64,000 nucleotides of DNA from Vicugna vicugna (Eukaryota): positions 62,001-126,000 of the forward strand of contig MU058839.1 of NCBI GenBank assembly GCA_013265495.1. The letters run 5' to 3'. Shown piece by piece: positions 28,126 to 40,100 of this stretch. Every line of letters starts with the position of its first letter. Within the stretch, counting starts at the first letter, position 1. A program made the translations under genes and the position numbers. The notes under the pieces were generated by a model. That model did not search any database. It saw only the letters and a program-made list of their open reading frames with translations, and had not been told where the DNA came from.

Positions 28126-31019
28126 GAGTTTTCCTTTCCTTTCTAGAGATTAGCTAAAGCCCTGGGACAATCTGATTCTTTAAGCACAACCCTTTGTTTT
28201 ATTAGGGACAGTGGTCTTCTAGTTTTAAGATAATCATAGAAAATAGAAGTCTGCAACCATTTCAGAAATGTTAAAGGTTTTCAAGAAGTCTCTATTGACC
28301 ACTGTAACTTTGTAATTATATGAGATCAATTTGGAGACTTGACTCTCTTGACTACCCTGTTTGCAGCTGATCTAACAGAGCACTAGTTTCAACCAGAAGA
28401 CAGATCCTAAGCTTTCCTTACACACAAAAAGCAGCCTGACAGCGAATCCCACTGAGCTCAGATTTTCACTGATAGAATTCAACTCTAGACATAAATTACA
28501 TGGTGCTTACAAGGCAAATGAACCACAATCTATCAAGATGGAATCACCAAGCTTGCACCTCACAGCCAAAATGGATGTGACTGAAACAAGTTTCTTTGCA
28601 GATTCTTATTTTGGACTCTGACATTTTCCGACAGTTTGTTTGAAAGATTCCTAAAGTAACTGAAAAGTAATTGTATTTTTTGGCAACATAGAATTCCTAG
28701 GAAAGTACTTAAAATGCAGCAGCTGCTGCATAGAAAGAGGAGACTGCTTGATTATAGATATTCTGCTAGAGAGTTAGAAGTATTTTTGTACACCGAAGAA
28801 CTGCAACTTAATTATCTTACGTTAGACAATAACATCTTCTTTGGATTCAAGAGAATATGCTGATAATTTACCAGTCTACCAAAAATTCTTGACCAGTTTA
28901 GTCTTCACAGAATAAATAACATCAGGTCCTTAAGAAAAGGAGTAAGCATATGCAGTTATCAAACTGTTTGGTCCTTTCCTATCTGATAGGTGAAAACATG
29001 TATCAGCTAGTCTGCCAGGCGTGAGCAGGTCCTCAGCGCTCCTCTCTGGCTTTCCTGTGAGTCTCTGTAGGAGGCAGGTGCTGGGATTGGCAACTGGCAT
29101 CCTGGCAGCTGATGTGGGTTCCTTATCATGTCTGCAGCTACCCAGGGAGGCGCTTATTACCACACCTCCTTCAGGTGGTGGTCCAGATGGTCTTCACACT
29201 GCTGCGTAGATCAGGGAAGGGCTGGAGACAGGACAGCAGTGGCTGGGTATGTGGTGTGGGCCCTGTTGTGTGTCAGGCTGTAAAAAGGAGGCCAGGTGCA
29301 GAAATGGGCCTCCTTTGTACTGTTTCCTCTCCTCCCCCCAGCATCTATTCACTGGGGAGTGTAGGGAACACTTCACTTTGGCTATGTGCTGCAGGAGGAG
29401 ACAGACAGGCAGGCACCCTGCTTTAGCAACTTCAGGTCACTCTTTCCCATCACCAGTGCATAAACAGGTGGAAGACAATAACCTATAGAACTCTTTGGCA
29501 AAAGCATTGTTTATTGAATTACCTGTATTAAAATAATTTATCTGTTTTCCTGGACATGTGGCTCACTGACACACCCTTAAATCCCTGACATACCAATTTC
29601 TTTTTTATTTTCTGAATTATTCTGAATTTTACTATAAAATTGATTATGCCCTTCATCAGGTGACACATCTTAGCAACCATTCTTTTGGCCTGACCAGAAA
29701 CTATTTTTCTCCACATAGGAACTTATCAATAAATTTGATGAATTGCTTTAGCATTCATTCATTCATATGGTGAATGAATTATTGAATACCTATTCCATTC
29801 CAGGCATTATGCTATGTGTCTAGGAGTGATAAAGAAAAATAAAATGTTCATGTTCTCAAGATGCTTATAGTCTGGAGTGCATTTCCCAAAGTACGTTTCA
29901 GAGAAAACATGTTCCTGCAGTTGCTTCACTTCCTTCTCTCTCTAAGTCTCTCCCTCTCTCTCTCTCTGATCAAACATATTTGGGAAATGCTATACACAGG
30001 ATACATCAACATATTAAAAGCTCTGGGTGTTTAGTGGTAAAGAATCCTATTTAATTTTAGTTAATTCAGGTAAAATTGGATATACATTTTGTTAATACCT
30101 ATTGACAGTCCAAGAAACTAGCATGTCTCAACCAACCAATGGAAGGTGCTTTTCCGAACATCTTTCCCATTCTGGTGGAGGAAGAATTCGAGGAAAACCC
30201 TAAGATGTCAGATTTCCCAGGTAGGTTATTGAATTTGGAGTTTTAAAGGAGGGAATGTGTATTATATATTTGAGAGAGTTGTGTGTGAGTTCAAGTTATG
30301 CATTATTATCATTTATATAATTACATATAAAAATTCTCACCTTTTACAAGAAAGGTTTAAAGGATCGTCACAACAGATCACCTTTCCTGGAAACTTTATC
30401 CTTGTGCTTCAGTGGTTTCCTCCTAATTTTGTAAGTCTCCAAACACTGTAAAGTATCTGGGGCCTTTGTTGTAATTAACAAAATCTCAGGAAGATCATAT
30501 GTTTAGTTGCCTGGCATGAGTTGGAAGCAGACCTCCCCATCCTTTGAGGAAGGGGGGACAAGGCTTACTGTTTTCTAATGCCCTGACCTCATGGAGGGAT
30601 TCCTGATAGCATCTGGCTCTGTCACTTTTCCTGCTTGAAATAGTCTTGAGCAGCTGCCCCTCACAGCAGGGTGGTTGCAAGTAACTGGCTGGGGATCCCT
30701 GTTGTAGATGACAGCTGCAGGGTGATTTTGGTCATAGCTGCCAAGAGGCAGAAGTTGAGTGGAAACATTATAGAATTTTCATTATTCATTGTGGCAGTAT
30801 GTTCCTGGCCAAACAAAGAGGGCACTAGTTGAATGCAGGGGAGAAAATAATTGGATCATCCACTTTCTCAAAAGCCTCACTGATGCCCTTTCATTGCCAG
30901 AAAGTGGAACAAGCAAAACAAAACTGAAGACATGTGGAATATTTCCTCCCTGGCCTATTCTGCCTGTTTATATATCCTTGGCCAGAGAAGGTAAGTGTTG
31001 ATAATACTGCTCCTACTAC

Positions 31020-31250
31020 TAACACCTACCATTTATGGAATATTTACTAGGTACCAGACACCATCATCTGAAACCCTGATCTGAATTTCTCCTCCCAACA
31101 CACTGTGAAGTAGCTGCCTTTTTGTAAATGAAAAAAACTGAGTCATTGAGCAGTGTATAACTTGCCCATGGTTGTGTAGGTAGCAGCTTGTGAGACAGAG
31201 ACTCAAACTAATACCAGCTCAAACTTACTGGAAAGTCCATGCTATTGACT
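31020..31250 (-). mobile_element. MIR SINE
   Basis: ccatttatggaatatttactaggtaccagacac...aaatgaaaaaaactgag...taacttgcccatggt. Confidence 0.6.
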
Positions 31251-31562
31251 GACAACTGGGTGAATTTATGAAGTACAAGAACGCAGCTGTTGTTTAAATA
31301 GGCATGGCTCTTCCCAGCACTCTCATCAGATCACAGCAGTAGTACCAGGTGGTATTTCGAAGCAAAGGTGAACAATGAGAAACAAATTTAGTGATCGAAT
31401 TCCATTTTTGAATGCTAAATTTCAGTGTAAAAACTGCCTCTTGGTAAGTAAAGCCAAAGATATTAAGTAATCTTTGTGGACATGAAAAGGACTACTCAAT
31501 ACGTCCCAATTTCATAACTTCCTTTAAGGTAAAAGTGACTTGATTATTGTTTCTGTATCTCA

Positions 31563-31618
31563 AGCACCATCTTGTCCCCTCACTGCACTGACTGAAATGA
31601 GGATCAATCAATCCCTAG
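31563..31618. repeat. 56-bp direct repeat, copy A (3' end of putative Penelope-like element)
   Basis: agcaccatcttgtcccctcactgcactgactgaaatgaggatcaatcaatccctag; 48/56 identical to 34076-34130, with a 20-bp exact core. Confidence 0.9.
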
Positions 31619-31884
31619 TCCCCCATGGACAGGACAGGGTAAGGAATTGGAATATATATGTGATTTGGGCCTAAAGTTTGTGGAATACAGTCATTATGCG
31701 ATGCAGATCTTGGAAACGGTGTGATTCCCGTGGAAATGGAAAACCATGTGAGGAAATGCTGTCCGGGTTTCCATCCGTGTTGAAGGTGTTGTATTGGTGC
31801 TAAGAAGTGCATTTCTTAGGAGTGCTTTTATTGTCTGAACATATCTTAGGATTTTCTTTATGGCTGCTCAAAGATTTTCTTTTC

Positions 31885-34070
31885 CTTCTTTTGGAGATTA
31901 AGAAGGGATTTTTATTTTTAAAGAGCTCAGTTCCAGTGTGAGAAATACAGTGATGCTCTGTTCTCTCACACAGCTCTCAGAGAAAAGAGAGATTGGAGAC
32001 TATCTATTCATCTTCCAGCCACTAGAGACGGGTTGATGGAGGTATTGGAAGGTCTTTAGGGGACTTTTTGACTGAGAGATTCTTACTGAACTCAGGTTCG
32101 GCTGCTCCCCACTCAAAAGCCAATAATTTGAGAGGCAAGTGTCAGTAGAAAGGAAAGGTACTTTACTCAGAAAAGCCGGAAATCTGGGGGGATGGTGGGC
32201 TCCTGTCCAGAGACCATCTCTCAAGATTCTGTTCAACCATGACTGTTTTTAAAGGGAAAAATGTGGGGAAGAATCTGAGTGAATCATCGAAGCAGAAGGT
32301 TGGTTCTGCATCATTATTCATTGTGTACAGACTGGCTGACTCTTTAGATGTTATCTTGCCCTATGATCTACCTGTAGGATTGCTAAGGGGCTTTTGAGGG
32401 TAGAGAGCGAATCATTCTTTAACTGCTTAGTTCTTCATTCTTCTTTTTTATCTAGGAAAAGAATCAACTGGTTAGACACGGCATGATGTGTATTCAGGAG
32501 CACATAAGTCTGGAGTTAGTTTCAATTGCTTGGTGATCTCATTCCTGTAATTAGGTTCTTTTGAGGTTAGAGGGGGACAGAAACGAGCAAACAGGAAAGG
32601 GGCAAAAGAGCTACTTTTAATTCCTCACTGTCAAACACTCCATTTCTACGGGATTAGAGGCAAAGCTCCATCTTCTGTAACATCTTCATGCTGATATAGG
32701 GCGCTGTATGCTTGGAGTGGAAGATGTTGGCATGGGTCTGTAGCATCTCTTTGCTGACAATTTTAGTTGCCCACTTACATACACAGGCAAAGCAAGCTAC
32801 AATTTTTTTGATGCCACAGACGTATTGATTATCGTGAGCAATAATGTTCATCCTATTCTCTTGAGGCCAGTCCTCGGAATTGTGTGAGCCACGGATTCAG
32901 TGCTGCTCAGGATGGAGCAGCTTTTGTCTTGTCCACAGTCTGGTCATCATACAGTTAACTTTCTCCTCTCATGGCAGTTATAGTACCTGTAAAACAATTT
33001 AGGAACGTGCACTGGACAGAGTCTGTGACTCTATTGTCCTGATCATTAACTGCTCGGTTTTGTACTCAGGGTGGTGGGGGTGGAGGTGCAGTGCTGGAGC
33101 ATTCTGCTTGGTTCCAAGATCAGAAATTACTTCTATGAAATTATGAGGTGAGGCGGTCGGTCCAGATGTAATTGTATTTTTCTCATCCGCACAGTTCTTA
33201 CAGTTCATCCTGATTTCTTCATCAGCAAATTTTGACATAGAAGTTTCTTTTTCGATAAGGCTGAATGGTTGATGCTGTTGCTCACCATTCTCACTGCAGC
33301 CAGTGCTAAGGTTTGGTCAGTATTTGAGATAAACTTTTATTAGAGTGTTTCCATTACGATGTTTCAAGGCCATTGCGTCAAAGAATGAGACACATTCATC
33401 TTGTTCTGATTTAATTGCCAAAAGGAGGGTTGGTTTTATACACTATAAAGCCACTTTCAGGGAGGATAGAGCTTCAAATCTATAGTTACAGGGTTTCATT
33501 TTGTTGAAACCTTCAGTTTCTCCTAGCACTGCTGAAATTGTAATGCAGTTTCACTTTATGAGGCTCCTGCAATGGTGGCTACAGTCGCTGCCTGGTTTAC
33601 TAAATTGACAATGACATGGACAATATGAAGTGCTGGGAGCCAGCTCAGCCAGCTTCACAGCAGCAGTTCACAGGATTTGCACGCCCTGCCTTAGAAGGCC
33701 GCTTCATAAAGGTTCGTGCTGCTGCCCAGGGAATTTCTCACTCCTCCTTGACCATGTTGCCTTTTTACCTAACAACAGCTCCCCAGGTCCCCCTCCCCCA
33801 TTTACTGTGTCAGCCTTAAATCCTTGACAAGGTGCTCTGATGAACTAACCACCTCTATCTGCATCTCTTAAGCCTTTCCTCACTCTCTTAGCCCAGGCCA
33901 GCATCCTGTTGGCCACTTGGCAGAGGATAGACATCTACCATGTGAAAAGAAGTCATTGTCCTAGCCATCTCTAATTCAGCCAGTGTGTTTACCTCTAGTT
34001 CTCCCCAGGCCCCATGGACTCTCAGAGAGGGGCTGAGCTGAGGCAGCCACTGCTGCCACCACTGCATGGA
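31885..34070 (-). pseudogene. Degraded Penelope-like element ORF (reverse transcriptase + GIY-YIG endonuclease), interrupted by an ERV LTR
   Basis: Manual translation gives colinear PLE-like motifs: RVHG (34022-34011), YPL/AKW (~33929-33913), EHLVKDLR (33837-33814), EIP (33737), VKLAELAPSTSYCPCHCQFSK (33658-33596), KMKPCNYRF (33502-33476), KSEQDECVSFFDAMALKHRNGNTLIKVYLK (33412-33323), SPHNFIEVI (33151-33125), KKIVACFACVC..MLQTHAN (32809-32726), LTLE..KIPS/NLQK (31942-31888). Confidence 0.7.
32081..32627 (-). mobile_element. ERV1-type solo LTR
   Basis: Minus strand begins TGAGGAATT and ends agcagccgaacctgagttcagtaaga (typical ...cggtaaca U5 end); AGTAAA polyA-signal variant at ~32162-32167; no TSD discernible. 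Confidence 0.7.
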
Positions 34071-34075
34071 CCTTG

Positions 34076-34130
34076 AGCACGATCCTGCTCCCTGACTGCA
34101 CTGACTGAAATGAGATCAGTCAATCGCTAG
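34076..34130. repeat. Direct repeat, copy B (5' end of putative Penelope-like element)
   Basis: agcacgatcctgctccctgactgcactgactgaaatgagatcagtcaatcgctag; contains tgactga-N7-tcagtca inverted repeat. Confidence 0.9.
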
Positions 34131-36838
34131 GCCACTGAGTCACTGAAACAGAATTACCTTTTTTTCCCCCAGGAGAACTTTTCTCTTGAGGACAAAAGTG
34201 ATGAGCAAACAAGTACCAAAGCACAGAACCTGCCAAGTTTAAGACCTTTGTCCTGGCCTTTTCTACTTCAGAATTGATGTTTCCTATCCAATGTTTCTAG
34301 CCATAGAGGTCATTTTCCTCAGATTATGAAAAAAGCCATACATCAGAATAATCAGTTCCACTCCTCTCCCAGGTTTCTCTTAGCACATTTCTAACAAGCA
34401 CCCAGGAGAAACCCGTTCCAAATTCATCATTAATCATAAGATAGCAAAATTATGCATTCTACAAATATATCAGATGTTATTTCCATCTAGGTATTAAAAA
34501 GGGGATTCTTTTTTCCTATCTCCTCTAAACATGAGACTTCACATTTTGTTTCATTTAGCGTGGGTATGCTCACACTTTAAAGTTAGCTTTCTTCTATCCT
34601 TTGCATCAGCTGAAACCCCAACTCTTTCAGAAGATTTTCTTTGGTGTCAAGCCTGGCTCTAACTCCTCTTTATTGTACTCCAATTTGTTGGTCCCAGTAA
34701 TGGAAGAACCTCTAAAGATGTCTGTCAGTTCTTACTTCATTCCTGTAGATAATCAAAGGGTCCATCATGTAATGCATATTTGTGTTCATGTATTTGACCA
34801 AGGTTGTCCTCTCCTTAAAGACAAGGGCTGTGTGTATTTAACAGTCTAGAACCATGACATGTATAACTGGAAACTTTACTATTTAATGACAAGGATGTGG
34901 AGTTTAACAATTAGGAAGTACCTTGGTCATACTTGTAGTCAATTCTTCAGAATAATGTATATTTCTTTTTTGGGCACAATAGATTGACTCCAGGAAGTTA
35001 AGACATTTAGAGAGAATGCCATTTGGAAAAGGAAACATCAAAAGGGCTTCTAATGAGAATCTGTGTCAGATATATCCCTTTTATAAAGTTCTATAATATC
35101 TATACCTTTTTATGGCAAATATTACTTTGTATTTTAAATTATAGCTGAAGGTACAGACACAGGATGCCTGAGGGCAGGATTACTGTAGAAACCATCTTGA
35201 TATATTCCTCATATTCACATAGGCACCAAGTCTCGCAAATATTAAGTACTCAGTGAACTTCTCCTGAATTAATGGAAATGCGGTGGGCTGTGGAGCTGGA
35301 ATAGAAGGGGTGCTGATGGAACTGACCTTATGTGATATACTGTCTGTATAGTGGGTTTGGACACCCTTTCTACACGTCAGGGCCCCTTATTACACTCTTG
35401 TTCCCTTCATCCCCTCCCTCATCTCCATCTGAAGAATCATTTGAAAGCCTCAGGGTGTAAGAGAGCAGGACAGACCCCTCCCCCATATCTTCTGCATCAA
35501 ATGATGCATAGACAGAACTTAGAATATGATACTGGAGGAGTAAACAGGTAACATTATCCTTCAAACAGCTCTTCATAGAAGCTGGTGTTAGGCACATCAA
35601 TACTTGGCTCCCTAAAAAGAGCCTGAAATGAAGTGGTCTTGTCACTATTAAGTCATTGGCTTTGGAAACCATGCAGATGAATAAGGGATAAGGATATTTT
35701 TTTTGATGAAATTGGGGCAAATTTTCCTCTATGTGGAAGATCAGAACAGTTTTTTCATGAAAAGTCACTCCTGAATCAGAATAAGAAAACCATTCTCTCA
35801 GCACAAACCCTTACTCATTTTCGGAGAGCAGGGAGAATAGGCAGGGAGACACTGAATTTCTCAAAAAATAAAATAAACCCTGCAAAGCCATAATAGTGTA
35901 AATTTCTCAAAAGGTAACTTTTAAGTATGTCTTTCTTTTATGTTTTAAGAAGTTTGAGTATGTGTCTTGATGTGCCTGCACTTGCATTTTTATTTCTGGG
36001 GGGAAGAATGTTGACCCTGACTTCTGTGTGCCTCTTCTCCTCTTCCCAGGATAACCTAGATAGGTAATCAGGAGCCCTGTCTCTGAGCTGACAGTTGGAA
36101 CATCATCCTCACCACTTTGTATCCATTCTGTTCAAACAAATGGACCATTAATTTGAAGCATGGTATTTTGGGAAGTTAAATAAATCTATGGGAGAGCACT
36201 TAAAATTAATGTTAAGAATTATTGTCAGAGGACCTATTTTCCTCCAACCAAAGTTTATACATCAGCAGACCATGCAAGTCATGATGGGGCATGAAGCCAG
36301 TTTCATGCTTTCAAACTTTAGTGCTAACAATAATCTTGAATTTTATGTTTATATACACATGCACTCTGCCCAGTTTGGCTGCTGTTTCCTAAAAAGCTGC
36401 TAAGTGTATGCCTGGCCAATGACTCTAGGCATGGCCTGAAAAGAAAAGAAGCCTGGGCAGATAAAAGCTGTAGTCCCCAGAGTGAAAATTAACATTCAAA
36501 AACCCTTTCTGACATCTGCCTTTATAATTAAATCAAATATATTAGGGAAGGGAAGAACATTTTGTGGATGAATCCTTTGCTGTGTTGAGAATATCTTGCA
36601 TTCCTAAGAATAGGAGTTAGTTCAAAACCCTTGCATTTGGTGCCTCAATTTAAGCATAGAATTTACTTAACTCTTGTTGTCTTTAAAATTTCGTTTTCCT
36701 TAGAAGGGAACTTTTCAAACTAACTTAATTGTCCTTTCTTAGTTGACTCTTCTTAGCAATGGAAATGTAGTGGAAAAGTTTAGGGATGTCTCTGTTAATA
36801 TCAAATAATCAAAACAGACTTTCTTTTATCCATCTTTA

Positions 36839-37178
36839 TAGTGGTCCCTTGGTATCCATTGGGAACTGGTTCCAGGAGCCCTTCAGATACCAAAATCTAA
36901 GGGTTCTCATAGCCCTCATATAAAATGGCATAGTATTTGCGTATAACCTATGCACATCTACCTGTATACTTTAAATCATCTTTAGATTATTTATAATACC
37001 TAATACAATGTAAATGCTATGTTAACAGTTATAAATACAATGTAAATACTATTGAAATAGTTGCTGGCATATGGCAAATTCCAGTTTTGCTTTCCGGTAA
37101 AGTTTTTTTATACTTTAAATCCTCGGTTGGTTGACTCCAAAGATGTGGAACCCAAAGATATGGGGAGGGGGACCACTG
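36839..37178. mobile_element. MER2-like TcMar-Tigger MITE
   Basis: TIRs tagtggtccc / gggaccactg flanked by TA; internal tataaaatggcatagtatttgcgtataacctatgcacatc...tactttaaatcatctttagatta; 340 bp. Confidence 0.85.
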
Positions 37179-40100
37179 TACCTTTCCCCCTGCTTTATTT
37201 TCAACCAAACTTTGGTATTGATTTTAGCTACTGCCAGAGGGTAGGTGTGGGACAACTGAAGAAAATGCCTGACTTTTTCCTCTGCTTTAACTCTTCCCTC
37301 AGGAGAAGGTGGCTTGTGCCCTCTAGACCTTGCAGGATTGTACCTTCTTCTTTCCCCAGTACTCCCTACAGGAATTTGTATGTTCCCTAAAAGCTGAATA
37401 AGTGTTTTAAAGCAAGCACTATGATGCTTGAGACTTAAAGAAGAGCCCATTATGAGTTGAAAAGAATTCCCAGCTGTGTTTTCACTAGTCCCAGATCCCA
37501 GCAGCAGCAGTCAGTACGCAGGGGACTCCATTTCTTAAGCTCTGTATGTATATGTATATTTGCACATCAGTGTGCATGAGTGCATGAATTTGAAGCAGTT
37601 GGGAAGCCCTAAACCTTAGAGATGAATTAATTTTCTTCGTGAGACAGACCTGAGTATCTACAAGTACAAAGTAAATACATCATACTTGTCTGTTTATTAA
37701 ATTGTAAAGATTCTCAGCATGATTTCAAACATTAGGGGCATCAAACGAAATCAAAAGCATAGGTCTTCATGTCAGAGCAGGTAAGGGCATGAACACAAAG
37801 AAAGTAATTCAAGATAGGTTGAGAAGTATCAACATATATTGAAAAAAAAGTGCAATGAGGTTTAAAGTAGATTCAAGGTTAGTGAATAAAGGAATTCCTC
37901 TCTAGCCTGGAATAACATAAAGTCAGTCTGAATTTCCTCCTTACTAGGGGAACTGATTCTCATAAATATATGTGGAATTTCCTCTTAAGATTGTGCATAA
38001 GCAAGGGAGAACTAATTAAACTGAAATGAAAAGGAGAGTTTGGAAATGAGGTGTAGAGAGATGTCACTGTTCTTCTAAACTAAGAAAATTAACACTTTGG
38101 GTATCCATCACTTTTCACTGGATTAACAGCCAATGAAGCTCAGAAGCCTAATCCAAAGACAAAGTCAGGTTTAAAGGAACGCTGTCTCCAACTTTCTTAC
38201 ACGGCACTTATCTGATAACCTGTAAAGTCCATCATTTACCACTTTGGTCAAAAGTATAATCAGTTAAAATAAAAGCATTAGACCTAATATGCCCATCATC
38301 AGACATGATGCCACTTGTGTCTCCACCTGTAGTCCTCATCATTTGGCACTGACCGTAACCCATGTTGGGTTTCTGAGTGCCTGACTGAATGACTTTAGAT
38401 TTCTGTACTGAACTTTGAATGCCAATTTCCCCCAGCCCTGGACTTAATTTTTGCTCTCTTTGTTTACCGCTCACCCGAAGTCATCATTATCTGCCAGTTA
38501 AGGAGCTTTTGAAACCTTGTCCTCCATGGGATCATTCACATCCTCCTTGAAAATCTCAATAATACATGAACAGAGGCTTAACACTAAAAGAGCCAAAAAC
38601 AAGTAGCAGGGAAAAATCATAGCACAGGCAAAAATGACCGAATGTCTGAATGTCCTCAAAAAACCTGGGCAGGACGGAAGAGGAAGAAGGCAGTTTGGGA
38701 AAGGCGTTGCTGTGACTAGAAAGACGGGGACAATGTTTCAGCCTTAATTGCCCACAATTTTCTCTGATTCATTATGCTCATTCACAAGCCTGGTATTATT
38801 TTGATGTCATTATTCTTTGGATGGCCTTGTTTTTATTTTTCAGAATACAAGAAAGGGACAAAAAGAATTTCATTACCAGCCTGTCAGGCAAGCTGTTCTC
38901 TTCTCAGAGGAAGAGAGTGGTTGAATCTATGTCAGCAGAACTTTTCATTTCACGCATTTTCCCTGGAGCTAGAAAACCAGTGTCCAGGGTGTGACTTGCA
39001 GTCCACCTTTGTCCTCAGTATCGACAGTGGGGTCAGACTTGAGGTCTGATTCCTGAGTCTGTGTTGGGCCACAACTTCTTGGCAGCAATCTTATGATGAA
39101 AGGAAAACTCGCAGCCGACTAGGATTTAGAGCTTTGCTCAAGGTCAAAAGGGGCACCTTTGCGTAACAAGCTTCCTATGAAAAGCCCAGGGCGCCAGCAG
39201 AATCAAAGCTATTTGTTAAGGCATATCAGGCAGCCAAGAGCATCCATTACGCACTGTTTGTGGAGAATTTAGGGAATTAAAATGAAATAGAAGATATGGC
39301 CCCTTCCTTTTAGGAGTGTGAAATCTAATGGAGGGAATAAAATACACAGGCAAGAAAATGGGACACTTACAAATGAAAATAGATAGGAACACTTATAGGA
39401 TAGCAGCAGAGACATGCAAAGATGGTCATTGTTAATTGGACATGTACAGAGATATATACTATTGGCCTAAAACAGCCTGGGAGTGACTGAAAAAAAAAAG
39501 TCTGTGTAACCTTCACAGTGTGAAAAAATGAGATTTTAAGAAAGATGTTTCAGCCTCAGGTGAGACCACTTTGATGACCCACTCCCCCTGCAGGCTCCTT
39601 ATCCTGTGCATCTCCCTCTGCTCTGTCTGGTGATGAGAATGACTAGACCCTATGCAAAAAATGAAATAGGAGAGGAGAGGAGTCAGATACTTGGGGTGGG
39701 GTGGAGAGGGGGTTAAAAGAATGTGAAGGAGGGGCTCCATAGAAAATCTGCCAACAATTGATAGGTTAGACATATGCAGCTCCCCAGAAGGCTAGAAATT
39801 TGTCCCTGTACCTACAGGTGAGGCATAGGGACAAGCTAGCCTGAATAGATACGCTTACCACACCTTGGATTCTGTCTAGTAGATTAGATGACTTGAATCT
39901 AAGGCAAAGGACTAAGACTAGTTTTAGGGGTTCTTGGTAAGAAGAATTTGCCTGGTTGAGGGAGGGAATAAACCACTATGTTGTATTACCACACCCCGTC
40001 CCTGGTCTATGGATGCACTCAGGTCTTCCAGAGTGGAAGATGAAGTCAAGGCAAGCCATGAAGGATCAACCAATCCACTGTCCAGTAAGGCCATCTGACT

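Noticed and set aside
28930..29488. Cluster of overlapping ORFs in a locally GC-richer patch
   Set aside because: No recognisable protein similarity and no convincing splice-site pair.
31563..31885. Hammerhead ribozyme in the PLE 3' region or terminal repeat, as expected for many PLE pLTRs
   Set aside because: No CUGANGA...GAAA...UH core with supporting stems found by eye on either strand; CTGACTGAAA only superficially resembles it. An Infernal search could still find a degenerate one.
35370..35804. 144-aa minus-strand ORF with an acidic stretch
   Set aside because: No recognisable family, non-ATG start, no supporting exon structure; compatible with chance.
38290..38350. Minus-strand ATGATGA...CTGA with a short terminal stem, like a C/D snoRNA
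   Set aside because: Only ~45 nt from C box to D box, no clear C'/D' boxes, no recognisable guide sequence.
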